Positions 49,804-59,605 are shown, counted from the stretch's first letter. The stretch is 64,000 nucleotides of DNA from Holophagae bacterium (GCA_003105185.1 PQAJ01000245.1:35253-99252), one strand, 5' to 3'. A program made the numbers and translations. Notes: a model not told the origin generated them from the letters alone.

Positions 49804-51308
49804 CAGCCCGTAACTCCCGGCAGCAGGGTAACGGTCTGCCCGACCCGGTCAGTAAACGGCGCCCACCAGACGCCCATGATGACGATGGAGGCGATGAGCA
49901 TGCCGCCGGAAAGCCGTTCGAGCGGTGTCAGGTCCTTCAGGTCAGACCACCTCACGTCGAATGGTCCGAAAAACACGATGGCGAACAACCGCAGCATGTA
50001 GGCCGCCGCCAGTGCCGCCGCGAAAATGGCCAGCGCGCCGAACACCGGGTACGACCGGAACGTGCCCACGAAGATGTGGAATTCCGCCGTGAACCCGGAG
50101 AAGCCCGGCAACCCGACGTTCGCAAGACCCGCAATGCTGTAGAAGATCACCCAGAGCGGCATCACCTTCGTAATCCCGCCGAAGTCCTTCAGGTCGCGCG
50201 TGTGCGCCTGGTCGTAGAGCGCCCCAATCATGAGGAAGACGAGGGCCGTCATCACTCCGTGGCTGAACATCTGGAGCACCGCTCCAGTCACGCCAATCTG
50301 GTTCATGGTTGCCAGTCCCATGAGCACGTAGCCCATGTGGCTCACTGAGCTGTAGCCGGAAATGAGCTTGAAGTCGCGCTGCGTGAGCGCCGCCGTAGCG
50401 CCGTACACCGCGCCGATGACGCCAAGCACCATGAGGGTCGGCATCCAGAACTCGGCCCCCGCTGGCATCATCTGGATGCCGAGCCGGATGATGCCGAACG
50501 CGCCGAGCTTCATCAGCACGCCCGCGTGCACCATCGAGACCGCTGTCGGTGCGGCCATGTGGCCGTCAGGCGACCACGTGTGGAACGGCCACAGCGCGGC
50601 CAGCACCCCGCAGCCAACCACCATGAACGGGAAGAACACCTTCTGGAACGTGGGGCTCAGCGTGCCGTCGCGGCCGGCGGCCCACAGCTGCTCCATGTCG
50701 AACGTGCCCAGGTTCGCCTCGTGGAAGACGGCGAAGATGCCGATCCAGATGAGCACCGAGCCGCCGACCAGCATCAGCGTCAGCTTGGCCGCGCCATACT
50801 CCTTGCGAGTGGAACCCCACACCCCGATGAGCAGGTAGAGCGGCATGACCGCGAGTTCGTAGAAGAAGAAGAAAAAGAACAGGTCGTACGAAAAAAAGGT
50901 GCCGTAGACGCCCGCGAGCAGCGTCCAGTAGAGGATGTAGAAATCCTTGTTGCGGAAGTCGAGCTTCCAGCTTGCGAGCGCACCGGCGAAGGCAACGATG
51001 CCCGTCAGCAACGCCATCAGCGCCGAGATGCCATCTACCGCCAGGTTGAGCGTGATCCCATCCTTGCCGAGGAAGGCCGTGTTTTCGACCCAGACCCACT
51101 GCAGGCGCATCTGGGCGTCCGAACCGTCGAGCTGGTAAGCCGCAAAGATGTAGATAGAAAGCCCGGCGACGATCGCGCCGGTGACAGCCGAGATGTAGCG
51201 GACCAGCATCTTCTGCTGGCCCGGCGTGAATACCAGGACAAGCGCCGCCAGCAGCGGCACCGCAATGGTGGCGAGGACGACATAGCCCTGGCCCTCGTCG
51301 AAGGTCAT
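49803..51308 (-). CDS. nuoM: NADH-quinone oxidoreductase subunit M
   Basis: 501-aa antiporter-like subunit in the conserved L-M-N order. Confidence 0.93.
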   Translation of the reverse strand: MTFDEGQGYVVLATIAVPLLAALVLVFTPGQQKMLVRYISAVTGAIVAGLSIYIFAAYQLDGSDAQMRLQWVWVENTAFLGKDGITLNLAVDGISALMALLTGIVAFAGALASWKLDFRNKDFYILYWTLLAGVYGTFFSYDLFFFFFFYELAVMPLYLLIGVWGSTRKEYGAAKLTLMLVGGSVLIWIGIFAVFHEANLGTFDMEQLWAAGRDGTLSPTFQKVFFPFMVVGCGVLAALWPFHTWSPDGHMAAPTAVSMVHAGVLMKLGAFGIIRLGIQMMPAGAEFWMPTLMVLGVIGAVYGATAALTQRDFKLISGYSSVSHMGYVLMGLATMNQIGVTGAVLQMFSHGVMTALVFLMIGALYDQAHTRDLKDFGGITKVMPLWVIFYSIAGLANVGLPGFSGFTAEFHIFVGTFRSYPVFGALAIFAAALAAAYMLRLFAIVFFGPFDVRWSDLKDLTPLERLSGGMLIASIVIMGVWWAPFTDRVGQTVTLLPGVTG

Positions 51309-51312
51309 GCGA

Positions 51313-53217
51313 TTAGCCCCTCACCACCAGGCCGATGACCGCAAGCGCGACCACGCCGACGGCAACCGCCATGGCGTAGTTCGGCAAACGGCCGGTCTGG
51401 AGATATTTCAATACACCACCGGAGAACCCGGTTACCTGTGCCGAACCATCGACGCCGGTGTCGTTCACCACGTAGCGGTCGAACCACGAGACCACATAGC
51501 TGAACCCGAGCATCCCCCGGTCGATGCCGGCCTGGTACAGCTCATCGAAGTAGAACTTGTTCCGGATCAGGTCGTAGAGGCCCGGCTGAGCCTCGGCGAG
51601 CTGGGTAGAGCGCTTGATGCTGTTGCCCCAGTACATCCAGCCGGCCAGCAGCAGGCCAGTGGCCCCCATCACAACCGAGGCCGTCGCCCAGGCAAGGTCG
51701 AAGTGGTACCTGTGCGGGCCGTGGTGCGGCAGGAAGATGAACTCCGTGATCCCGCCCGGGAAGCCGAGCGCCTTCCCCACGCCGTGGAAGACCACGAACC
51801 CGGAGACGGCCGCGAGGACCGCCAGGAACATCAGCGGCCCCGTCATCACCAGCGCCGACTCCTGGGTGTGCTCGTGGACGTCCTTGTCCCGGGGTGTGCC
51901 CATGAAGGTCCGGATGAAGAGGCGCGTCGTGTAGAAGGCCGTCATCACCGCCGCAAACGCAAGAATGGCGACCGCCCAGACGCCCCACTTGTCGTTGAGC
52001 ACCACGAAGATCTCATCTTTGCTCCAGAAGCCCGCCAGCGGCGGCAGGCCGGCCAGCGCCAGCGACCCGATGAAGAACGTGGTGCCGGTGATCGGCATCT
52101 TCTTCCAGAGGCCCCCGAGCTTGTCCATCTCCTGGTTGTGGTGCGTCGCGTGGATGACCGAGCCGCTCCCAAGGAAGAGGAGCGCCTTGAAAAACGCGTG
52201 CGTCATCAGGTGGAACATCGCCACCGCGGGGTGCCCCGCGCCGAGCGCGACGAACATGAACCCGAGCTGTCCCACGGTCGAATAGGCGAGCACCTTCTTG
52301 ATGTCCGTCTGGGCGAGCGCCATGAACCCGGTGAGCAGGGCCGTCGTGAGACCCACGATGGTGACCATCAACAGCGCCCCATCGGCCACCTCGAAGAGCG
52401 GCAGCAGGCGGGCGGTGAGGTACACGCCCGCGACGACCATCGTCGCCGCGTGGATGAGGGCGGACACCGGGGTGGGGCCTTCCATCGCGTCCGGCAACCA
52501 CACGTGGAACGGGACCTGGGCGCTCTTGCCCATGCACCCGAGGAAGACGAAGGCCACCGCCGCAAACAGGTAATTCTGGCCGACAGCACCTTCTTCGACG
52601 TGGTGGATGATCTCCTGGATGTTGAAGGTGCCGGTGGCCTTCCAGAGCATGATGATGCCGATGAGCAAGCCGACATCGCCGATGCGCGTCGTGATGAAGG
52701 CCTTCTTCGCAGCCTCCGTCGCGCTCCGCTTCTCCCAGTAGAAGCCGATGAGCAGGAACGAACAGACGCCCACGAGCTCCCACGAGATGTAGACGAGCAG
52801 CAGGTTGTCGGCCATCACCAGCAGCAGCATCGAGGCCACGAAAAGCTGGAGGACGGCGAAGAACCAGTAATAGCGCGGCTCACCCTTCATGTAGCCGATG
52901 GAAAAGATGTTCACCATCAGGGCAACCGTGGTGACGACCGCAAACATGACGATGGTGATCGGGTCGACGTAGATGCCCATCCGCAGGTCGAAGCTCTCGC
53001 CGATGCTGGACCACTCAATGTCGTTGACCACCGGCCCGAGCTTCCCCGGCGTATCGAGGAAGTCGACCAGGACGATAAGGAACAGGAGGAACGACGAGAG
53101 GATCGCGGCGACGCCGAGATAGTCGCCGCCGCGCGGCAGGGCGCGCCCGAACAGCGCGAGTACGAGGAACACACCCGCGGGAATAGCAGCGAGCAGCCAG
53201 GCCTCTTCAGCACCCAT
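51313..53217 (-). CDS. nuoL: NADH-quinone oxidoreductase subunit L
   Basis: 634 aa, antiporter-like with a long C-terminal extension typical of NuoL. Confidence 0.93.
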   Translation of the reverse strand: MGAEEAWLLAAIPAGVFLVLALFGRALPRGGDYLGVAAILSSFLLFLIVLVDFLDTPGKLGPVVNDIEWSSIGESFDLRMGIYVDPITIVMFAVVTTVALMVNIFSIGYMKGEPRYYWFFAVLQLFVASMLLLVMADNLLLVYISWELVGVCSFLLIGFYWEKRSATEAAKKAFITTRIGDVGLLIGIIMLWKATGTFNIQEIIHHVEEGAVGQNYLFAAVAFVFLGCMGKSAQVPFHVWLPDAMEGPTPVSALIHAATMVVAGVYLTARLLPLFEVADGALLMVTIVGLTTALLTGFMALAQTDIKKVLAYSTVGQLGFMFVALGAGHPAVAMFHLMTHAFFKALLFLGSGSVIHATHHNQEMDKLGGLWKKMPITGTTFFIGSLALAGLPPLAGFWSKDEIFVVLNDKWGVWAVAILAFAAVMTAFYTTRLFIRTFMGTPRDKDVHEHTQESALVMTGPLMFLAVLAAVSGFVVFHGVGKALGFPGGITEFIFLPHHGPHRYHFDLAWATASVVMGATGLLLAGWMYWGNSIKRSTQLAEAQPGLYDLIRNKFYFDELYQAGIDRGMLGFSYVVSWFDRYVVNDTGVDGSAQVTGFSGGVLKYLQTGRLPNYAMAVAVGVVALAVIGLVVRG

Positions 53218-53235
53218 GAGTCTTTTCGGCCCCTT

Positions 53236-53544
53236 CTACCACTTCATACTTGCCGCTTCGTCCACGTTGCTCGTGGCGCGGTTGCGGAACAGGCGAATGA
53301 CAATTGCCAGCGCCAATCCAACTTCCGCTGCGGCTACGGTGATGATGAACACGGCGAAAATTGCGCCGAGCACTTTATCCGGATCGAGATAGGCTGCAAA
53401 CGCCACAAAGTTGATGCTCACGGCGTTCAGCATCAATTCGACGCTCATCAGGATGAGCACCGCGTTCCGGCGGGCAAGTACCCCATACACGCCAAGTGAG
53501 AACATGACGGCGCTGAGGACGAGGTAGTTTTCGAGTGGAACCAT
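53236..53544 (-). CDS. nuoK: NADH-quinone oxidoreductase subunit K
   Basis: 102 aa, three TM helices, ..LMSVELMLNAV... Confidence 0.93.
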   Translation of the reverse strand: MVPLENYLVLSAVMFSLGVYGVLARRNAVLILMSVELMLNAVSINFVAFAAYLDPDKVLGAIFAVFIITVAAAEVGLALAIVIRLFRNRATSNVDEAASMKW

Positions 53545-53546
53545 CG

Positions 53547-54047
53547 CTACTCGCCCTCCTCTTGCCGGGCAAGGATGATCGCCCCGATAAGGGCTACCAG
53601 CAAGAGCACGGACGACAGCACAAACGGGACGCCAAAGCCCGTGAACATCCGCTCGCTGATGGTTTCGATGGCGATGTTCGCCGGGCCCTCACCGCTATCA
53701 CCCCAGGCCGTGTCCAGCGCGACCGCCACGAGGATCGTGACCAGCGAGATGCCCAGCAGCAGCGCGAACGGCAGCTGCGGGCCGTTCACCGGCTCCGGCC
53801 GCCCCGCCGCGTCTCTGCGCGTCAGCATCAGCGCGAGCAGAATGAGCACGGTGACCGCCCCGCCGTAAATGAGGAACTGCACCAGCGCCAGGAACTCGAC
53901 CGTCAGGAAGACGTACATCGCGCCGACCCCGGCCATGCTACCGATGAGGAAGATTGCCGCGTGGAGCACCGATCGCGAGAACACCACGCCCGCGGAGGCG
54001 CCGACAATCGCGGCCGCGAAGATCCACCAGAGGACTTCAGTTGCCAT
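53547..54047 (-). CDS. nuoJ: NADH-quinone oxidoreductase subunit J
   Basis: 166-aa hydrophobic protein positioned between I and K. Confidence 0.9.
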   Translation of the reverse strand: MATEVLWWIFAAAIVGASAGVVFSRSVLHAAIFLIGSMAGVGAMYVFLTVEFLALVQFLIYGGAVTVLILLALMLTRRDAAGRPEPVNGPQLPFALLLGISLVTILVAVALDTAWGDSGEGPANIAIETISERMFTGFGVPFVLSSVLLLVALIGAIILARQEEGE

Positions 54048-55649
54048 CTAGCCTGCTCCCTCCGGCACATTGCCGCCCAGTTCCTTGATCGTGGCGAGCA
54101 CATCCTCGGGGATGGCTTCGCCCTTCTCGATCGCTTCCTTCGCCTTGCGCTCGGCGCGCATCCGGCGGGCGCGCACCTTCTCGTACGAGTTCGGGTCGCC
54201 CTTCGGGCCGATGCCGATGCCCGGCGGCGGCACCCAGCCATCCGCGTCCGGGGCAATGCCACCCTCCGCGGGCGCCGCGGCTCCACCACCACCGCCGCCC
54301 AGCGTCGCCCAGATGCTGCCCCCTGGCGCGAGGTCGCTGCCAAGGTCATAGAGCGTCTTCGCGATGTCGTCCGGGATCGCCTCCCCCGCGGCCGTGAGCT
54401 CGTTGAACTTGCGCTCCGCGCGCATCCGCCGGGCCCGCACCTTCTCCGCCGAGTTCGGGTCGCCCTTCGGGCCGTCGCCGACTCCCGGCGGGAAGCGCAT
54501 GCTGCCATCGGGGTTCGTCCCCGTCAGCGGGGCCGCCGGCGCGCCGCCACCTCCCGGGCCCGCGAGCTTCGCCCAGATCGTCCCGCCCGGTGCAAGGTCG
54601 CTCCCGAGGTCGTAGAGGGTCTGCGCCACATCCTCGGGGATCGGCTCTCCGGCAGCGGTGAGTTCGTTGAACTTGCGCTCGGCGCGCATCCGCCGGGCTC
54701 GCACCTTCTCCGGCGAATTCGGGTCGCCCTTGGGGCCGTCGCCAACCCCGGGCGGGAAGCGCATGCTGCCATCGGGGTTCGTCCCCGTGAGCACCACGCC
54801 GGTGCCGCCGGCAGCGGCGCCGCCGCCTGCGGCCGCGGCCTCGCCCGGCTTCATGTTCCGGTACTTCTCAATGGCATCCAGGATCTCCTGAGGGACGGCC
54901 TCGCCGCGGTCCTGGAATTCCTTCGCCTGGCGTTCGGCGCGCATGCGCTTCGCCCGGATCTTCGATTCGGAGAGGATTTCGACCTCTTCGCCCCCGGCGG
55001 CCGCGGCTGGGCCCGCTTTCGCGGCAACCTGCTTCACCTCGGGTTCGCGCTCCTGGATCGCCGCGGGGAGCCCCTGCGCGATGCGGTCGATCTGAGCCTG
55101 CCGGTTTTCCGGGAAGGCGCCAACGAAGGTCGGCTCGGGCGGTTCTTCGCCTTTTACCTGCCGCTCGAGTATCTCGATGTTGTCCTGCGGGCGGAACGGG
55201 TGGATCAGTTCCCCGGTGCGCGAAACCTTTAGCAGCTCGTCGATGTTCATGTGCAGGTCGCGCCGGTCGTACACCGAGTGCTCGTGACCCGTCCAGTTGT
55301 TGTCCATCACGATCGCTTCGAAGGGGCAGACCTCGACGCAGATATTGCAGCGCATGCAGCGCGCGTAGTCGATCCAGAACTTCTCGACGATCTTCCGCCG
55401 GTTGCTCGTGCCCTCGGCGTACTTCGGGTTGTCGATCATGGTCGCGGTCATGCAATCGACCGGGCAGTTGCGGACGCAAACGTTGCAGCCGGTGCAGAAC
55501 GGCTCGTCGTGGTCGAAGTCCCACGTCAGCACCGGGAAGCTGCGCTGGCGCACCGGCAGAACGTGCTTCACGTCCGGGTATTTCACCGTCACCGGCTTGC
55601 GGGTGAAGGTCGAAAAGGTGACGCCGAGACCTTTCAGGATGCCTTTCAT
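54048..55649 (-). CDS. nuoI: NADH-quinone oxidoreductase subunit I (2x[4Fe-4S]) with a roughly 370-aa repeat-containing C-terminal extension
   Basis: The ATG at 55649 overlaps the nuoH stop (ATGA). Residues 1-165 form a canonical NuoI (CTGCNVCVRNCP and CMRCNICVEVCP). Residues 166-533 are an extension with four K(V/I)RA(R/K)RMRAER motifs. The upstream 129 codons of the 662-aa ORF-track call overlap nuoH and are rejected. Confidence 0.9.
   Translation of the reverse strand: MKGILKGLGVTFSTFTRKPVTVKYPDVKHVLPVRQRSFPVLTWDFDHDEPFCTGCNVCVRNCPVDCMTATMIDNPKYAEGTSNRRKIVEKFWIDYARCMRCNICVEVCPFEAIVMDNNWTGHEHSVYDRRDLHMNIDELLKVSRTGELIHPFRPQDNIEILERQVKGEEPPEPTFVGAFPENRQAQIDRIAQGLPAAIQEREPEVKQVAAKAGPAAAAGGEEVEILSESKIRAKRMRAERQAKEFQDRGEAVPQEILDAIEKYRNMKPGEAAAAGGGAAAGGTGVVLTGTNPDGSMRFPPGVGDGPKGDPNSPEKVRARRMRAERKFNELTAAGEPIPEDVAQTLYDLGSDLAPGGTIWAKLAGPGGGGAPAAPLTGTNPDGSMRFPPGVGDGPKGDPNSAEKVRARRMRAERKFNELTAAGEAIPDDIAKTLYDLGSDLAPGGSIWATLGGGGGGAAAPAEGGIAPDADGWVPPPGIGIGPKGDPNSYEKVRARRMRAERKAKEAIEKGEAIPEDVLATIKELGGNVPEGAG
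54051..54974 (-). repeat. in-frame tandem coding repeats inside nuoI
   Basis: Unit A is 54525-54791 (residues 287-375) and unit B is 54258-54524 (residues 376-464). Each is 89 aa, and they are about 90% identical over the first 75 residues by hand alignment. There is a degenerate unit C at 54051-54257 and a partial unit at 54855-54974. Confidence 0.85.
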
Positions 55650-56803
55650 TGGGGAGTCGACCCCAGGGTGCGGTACGTGCCCACCAGGCCCTTGCTGGCC
55701 TTGGCGGTCGAGTGCCGGATGATGAGCGCGATAAGGACCACCGCGCCGATCCCGCTCGTGAGCGCCAGCAGCTCCTGCGGCCAGCCGTACAGCAGGATGA
55801 AGCCGTTCACGATGAGCTGCACAAACGAAAGTTCGAGCAGCACCTTCCAGCTGAAGTTCATGAGCTGGTCGATGCGGAGCCGGGGCACTGTGACGCGCAT
55901 CCACATGATGGCGATGATGAACGCCAGGCTCTTCACGAGCGTAGTCCCGAGCTGGACCGTCCAGTGCGCGTCGACGCCGAACGGCCAGGCCCACCCGCCC
56001 AGGAACACCACCGACCCGAAGACGCTGAAGCCCCACATCGAGGCGTATTCAGTGAGCTGGAACATGCTCCACCGGATGCCCGAGTACTCCACGAAGTAGC
56101 CGCCCACAATTTCCGACTCCGCGACCGGGATGTCGAACGGCGCGCGGTGGAGCTCCGACAGCATCGCCGTGAAGAAGATGAGGAACGCAAGCGGCTGTAG
56201 GACGATGTACGGCCGGTCCTCCTGCAGCGCAGCGATCACGTTCAGGTTGAGCGTGCCGACCCCACCGCCCATGTCGGCCCCCGTGATCATGACCACGCAG
56301 AGCAGGCTGATGACCAGCGGGATCTCGTAACTGATCATCTGGGCCGCGGCGCGCACGCCGCCAAGAAGCGCGTACTTATTCCCCGACCCGAGCCCCGCCA
56401 TCATGATGCCCACGATGTTCAGGCCAAGGATGGCGAACACGTAGAACAACCCGAGCGCCAGGTTCCGGACGCCCCAGTCCTTCGCGAACGGCAGCACCAT
56501 GAGCGTCATCAGCACCGGGATGAACGTCGCGTAGGGCGCCAGTTCGAACACCCAGCGGTCCGCGTTCGTCGGCCGGATGTCTTCCTTGGTCACCAGCTTC
56601 AGCGCGTCGGCGAAGCCCTGGAGGATGCCGCCCGGGCCGGTCTTGCGGGGGCCAAGGCGTTGCTGAAAGCGCGCGACCACCCAGCGCTCACCAACGGTGA
56701 GGTACACCACCACGATGGTCATCACCATGACCACGATGACCACCCGGATGATCGCGTCGACCCAGGACGGGAGGCCGAACAGCGGGTCGGCAAACAACAT
56801 CAC
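55646..56803 (-). CDS. nuoH: NADH-quinone oxidoreductase subunit H
   Basis: 385-aa polytopic protein with ..ERWVVARFQQRLGPRKTGPGGILQGFADALKL... Its start overlaps the nuoD stop. Confidence 0.93.
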   Translation of the reverse strand: MMLFADPLFGLPSWVDAIIRVVIVVMVMTIVVVYLTVGERWVVARFQQRLGPRKTGPGGILQGFADALKLVTKEDIRPTNADRWVFELAPYATFIPVLMTLMVLPFAKDWGVRNLALGLFYVFAILGLNIVGIMMAGLGSGNKYALLGGVRAAAQMISYEIPLVISLLCVVMITGADMGGGVGTLNLNVIAALQEDRPYIVLQPLAFLIFFTAMLSELHRAPFDIPVAESEIVGGYFVEYSGIRWSMFQLTEYASMWGFSVFGSVVFLGGWAWPFGVDAHWTVQLGTTLVKSLAFIIAIMWMRVTVPRLRIDQLMNFSWKVLLELSFVQLIVNGFILLYGWPQELLALTSGIGAVVLIALIIRHSTAKASKGLVGTYRTLGSTPQ

Positions 56804-57942
56804 TTATCCACCTCGCCCAGCACGATATCGAGCGACCCCAGGATGATGATCGCGTCGGCAACGTAGTGCCCCACGACCATCTGCTTCAGCGCCGACAGGT
56901 TACAGAAGGAAGGCGACCGCAGCTTCATGCGGTACGGCTTGTTGCCGCCCTTCGCCATCGCGTACACGCCGTATTCGCCCTTCGTCCCTTCGGTCCGGAC
57001 GTAGCATTCGCCGCTCTCGATGCGGAGCGTCTTCGGCAGGTCGGGGTTGAGCACGAGGCCCTTCGGCATCTGGTCCAGGCACTGCTCGATGATCTTCGTG
57101 CTCTGCCACGCCTCGGCCATCCGCACGATGAAGCGGTCGAAAATGTCGCCCGTCTTCCCCACCGGGATGTCGAACTTCAGGCGGTCGTAGATGCTGTAGG
57201 GCTCGACCTTGCGGATGTCATACGGCAGGCCGGTCGACCGCAAGCAGGCGCCGGAAAGGCCCCAGTCGATCGCCTGCTCCTGGGTCACCGGCGAGAGGCC
57301 GCGGCAACGCTCCACGAAAATCTCGTTGCCCGTCAGCAGCCCATCGAAGTCCTCCAGGCCCTGGCGGATCGAGCCGAGCAGCCACCGCACCCGGTCCTCG
57401 TAGTTCTCCGGCAGGTCCATCTGCAGGCCGCCGGGGCGGAAATACGTCGGGAACATGCGGTCACCCGAGACTTCCTCGAAGAAGTCGTAGATGCGTTCGC
57501 GTTCGCGCCACGCGTAGATGAAGCTCGTGCCAAACGAACCGACATCCGCCCCGAACGCCCCGAAGAACATCAGGTGCGAAAGGATGCGCGAGAGCTCCAC
57601 CATCATCACGCGGATGTACTCCGCCCGCTCCGGTACCTCGAACTGGCCGAGCTTCTCGACCGCCATGCAGTAGGCCATCTCGCAGGCCATCCCCGCCAGG
57701 TAGTCGGTCCGGTCCCACCAGCCCATCGACTGGCGGTAGTCGTGGTTCTCGGTGAGCTTCTCGAGCCCGCGGTGCAGGTAACCGATGTACGGCTCGCAAT
57801 CGACGACCATCTCGCCGTCGACCGTGAGCACCATCCGGAACACCCCGTGGGTGGCCGGGTGCTGCGGCCCCACGTTGATGGTCATATCGACCGTGTTGAA
57901 GTCGTCGGCCGTTACCAGCCGTTCCTCGGGCCAAACAGTCAC
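56800..57942 (-). CDS. nuoD: NADH-quinone oxidoreductase subunit D
   Basis: The GTG at 57942 has GGAGGT 6 nt upstream. ..MTINVGPQHPATHGVFRMVL..YIGYLHRGLEKL... Confidence 0.93.
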   Translation of the reverse strand: MTVWPEERLVTADDFNTVDMTINVGPQHPATHGVFRMVLTVDGEMVVDCEPYIGYLHRGLEKLTENHDYRQSMGWWDRTDYLAGMACEMAYCMAVEKLGQFEVPERAEYIRVMMVELSRILSHLMFFGAFGADVGSFGTSFIYAWRERERIYDFFEEVSGDRMFPTYFRPGGLQMDLPENYEDRVRWLLGSIRQGLEDFDGLLTGNEIFVERCRGLSPVTQEQAIDWGLSGACLRSTGLPYDIRKVEPYSIYDRLKFDIPVGKTGDIFDRFIVRMAEAWQSTKIIEQCLDQMPKGLVLNPDLPKTLRIESGECYVRTEGTKGEYGVYAMAKGGNKPYRMKLRSPSFCNLSALKQMVVGHYVADAIIILGSLDIVLGEVDK

Positions 57943-58003
57943 GCGGCACCTCCGCGGAGAAGCGCACCGGCGCGCGCTGTGGTGGACGGGGGCATGATGC
58001 GCA

Positions 58004-58519
58004 TTAGAACTTGAACCCCGGATCGCGGTCTTCGATACCCTGCGCAATCTCCATCTTCTGGAGCGGGTGCGCCTTGAGCAGCGGGTGGATGCGGACATCC
58101 TCATCCAGCAGCAGGTTCTTCAAATTCGGGTGGCCATCGAACACGAGCCCCAACATCTCCGCCGCCTCGCGCTCATGCCAGTCGGCCGCCGCATACAGCC
58201 CGGTGATCGACGGGATGTGGGGGTTGCCCGGGGGCGTGTGCACGGTCACCTGGATCGAGTGGCGGTGCTTCATCGAATGGAGCTGGTACTTGCAGACCAG
58301 CCCTTCCTCCTGCATGTCGATGCCGACCATGTTGCGGAGGTAGTCGAACGCCAGCTCCCGCCGCTCCTTCAGTCCCTGCATCAGTTCGAGGAGGTGGGCT
58401 GGCTCGACGGTGATGTTCGCGTCCGTGAGCGTCTTGTCCGCGGTGAACGGCACCTTCGGCAGGTGCTTGTGCACCAGCGCCGAGACTCCGGGGTAGGCGG
58501 GGGCGGTTTCGTTCGTCAT
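58004..58519 (-). CDS. nuoC: NADH-quinone oxidoreductase subunit C
   Basis: The ATG at 58519 overlaps the nuoB stop. ..[21 protein letters not shown]... Confidence 0.9.
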   Translation of the reverse strand: MTNETAPAYPGVSALVHKHLPKVPFTADKTLTDANITVEPAHLLELMQGLKERRELAFDYLRNMVGIDMQEEGLVCKYQLHSMKHRHSIQVTVHTPPGNPHIPSITGLYAAADWHEREAAEMLGLVFDGHPNLKNLLLDEDVRIHPLLKAHPLQKMEIAQGIEDRDPGFKF

Positions 58520-59076
58520 CCGACCATCCGCTTTTCTTCCATAATCTTCTCCTGCAGGCGCAGGAACCCTTCGAGCAGCGACTCGGGGCGCGGCGGGCAC
58601 CCCGGCACGTACACGTCGACCGGGATGATCTTGTCGACGCCCTGCAGGACCCGGTCGTACTCGGTATAGGGGCCGCCGTTGGTGGCGCAGGCGCCCATGG
58701 AGATGACGTACTTCGGGTTCGGCATCTGCTCGTACAGCAGCTTGATCGCCGGCGCCATCTTCTTGGTCACCGTCCCCGAAACGATCATCACGTCGCTCTG
58801 GCGCGGGCTCGGCCACGGCACGATGCCGAAACGGTCCAGGTCGTGGTTCGCCATGAACGTGCCAATCATCTCGATGGCGCAGCAGGCGAGGCCGAACGTC
58901 ATCGGCCAGAGCGAACTCTTGCGGCTCATCGCGATCACCTGGTCCGCGCCCGTCTGGATGACGCCCGGGAGGACGATCCGGTAGGCAGCGCGAGTCTGCG
59001 GGATCTCGACCGGCTTGAGGCGTTCGGCCTCGGCGCCGAAGTCCGGCACATACGGCGTAATCACGGTATCGCTCAT
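58516..59076 (-). CDS. nuoB: NADH-quinone oxidoreductase subunit B
   Basis: The ATG at 59076 overlaps the nuoA stop. ..[34 protein letters not shown]... Confidence 0.93.
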   Translation of the reverse strand: MSDTVITPYVPDFGAEAERLKPVEIPQTRAAYRIVLPGVIQTGADQVIAMSRKSSLWPMTFGLACCAIEMIGTFMANHDLDRFGIVPWPSPRQSDVMIVSGTVTKKMAPAIKLLYEQMPNPKYVISMGACATNGGPYTEYDRVLQGVDKIIPVDVYVPGCPPRPESLLEGFLRLQEKIMEEKRMVG

Positions 59077-59438
59077 GGCTTCCACTCCAGCACGCCGCGC
59101 TTCCAGGCGTAGACCAGCCCGAGGCTGAGGATCAGGATGAAGGCGATCATGTGATAGAAGACGAAATCGGGCAGCGCCAGGTAGGTCATCGCCCAGGGAA
59201 AGATAAAGACAGTCTCCACGTCGAAAATCAAAAAGAGGATCGCGATCAGGTAGTAGCGGATGTGGACCTGCGACCAGTTGCGCCCGATCGGGAGCATGCC
59301 GCACTCGTAGCTGACGCCTTTGCCCCGCTCCCGCGCGAAGGGAGCCAGCAGGCGGGCGCCGATGAGCGCCGTGAATACCAGGACGAACCCGGCGATCGCG
59401 GCGATCATGACGGCGGACCAGGAGTCGTAGAAGCTCAT
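59073..59438 (-). CDS. nuoA: NADH-quinone oxidoreductase subunit A
   Basis: The ATG at 59438 gives a 121-aa, 3-TM protein with ..[21 protein letters not shown]... Confidence 0.9.
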   Translation of the reverse strand: MSFYDSWSAVMIAAIAGFVLVFTALIGARLLAPFARERGKGVSYECGMLPIGRNWSQVHIRYYLIAILFLIFDVETVFIFPWAMTYLALPDFVFYHMIAFILILSLGLVYAWKRGVLEWKP

Positions 59439-59605
59439 TGCTGGGGCCTCCGGGCGGTGCGGGCAACGAAGAAGCGGAGCCCCGGCACGCGGGGTGACGA
59501 GAAGGCTCTGCAAGTCATTTTCGGGTGCACTCCCGGGAGATGACAGGCGCCTTCTGGGGGCGTCCTGTGGGTTGTGATGAAGCACACAAACGATAACTGC
59601 GAGAT

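Noticed and set aside
51307-53499. 730-aa plus-strand ORF, plus similar long ORFs at 48319-50001, 42134-43696, 32451-34205, 25328-26845, 24000-25145 and 61890-63545
   Set aside because: All are antisense to genes with unambiguous motifs (nuoL, nuoN, the Trx-fusion gene, aor, the P-type ATPase, usp, the cyclase). Their products are dominated by Arg, Gly, Asp, His and Pro.
54051-54974. Possible CRISPR array or non-coding tandem repeat in the 54-55 kb region
   Set aside because: The repeat unit is 267 bp, in frame, with no spacers, and it lies inside nuoI. This is not CRISPR-like. No CRISPR array was seen anywhere in the window.
53535-55232. 565-aa plus-strand ORF with its own striking internal repeats (..ELVELALRAHPPGPHLLRRVRVALRAVADSRREAHAAIGVRP..)
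   Set aside because: Its repeats are simply the reverse-complement image of the nuoI coding repeats. The minus-strand frame is contiguous with a canonical NuoI core, is translationally coupled to nuoH and nuoJ, and has far more protein-like composition.
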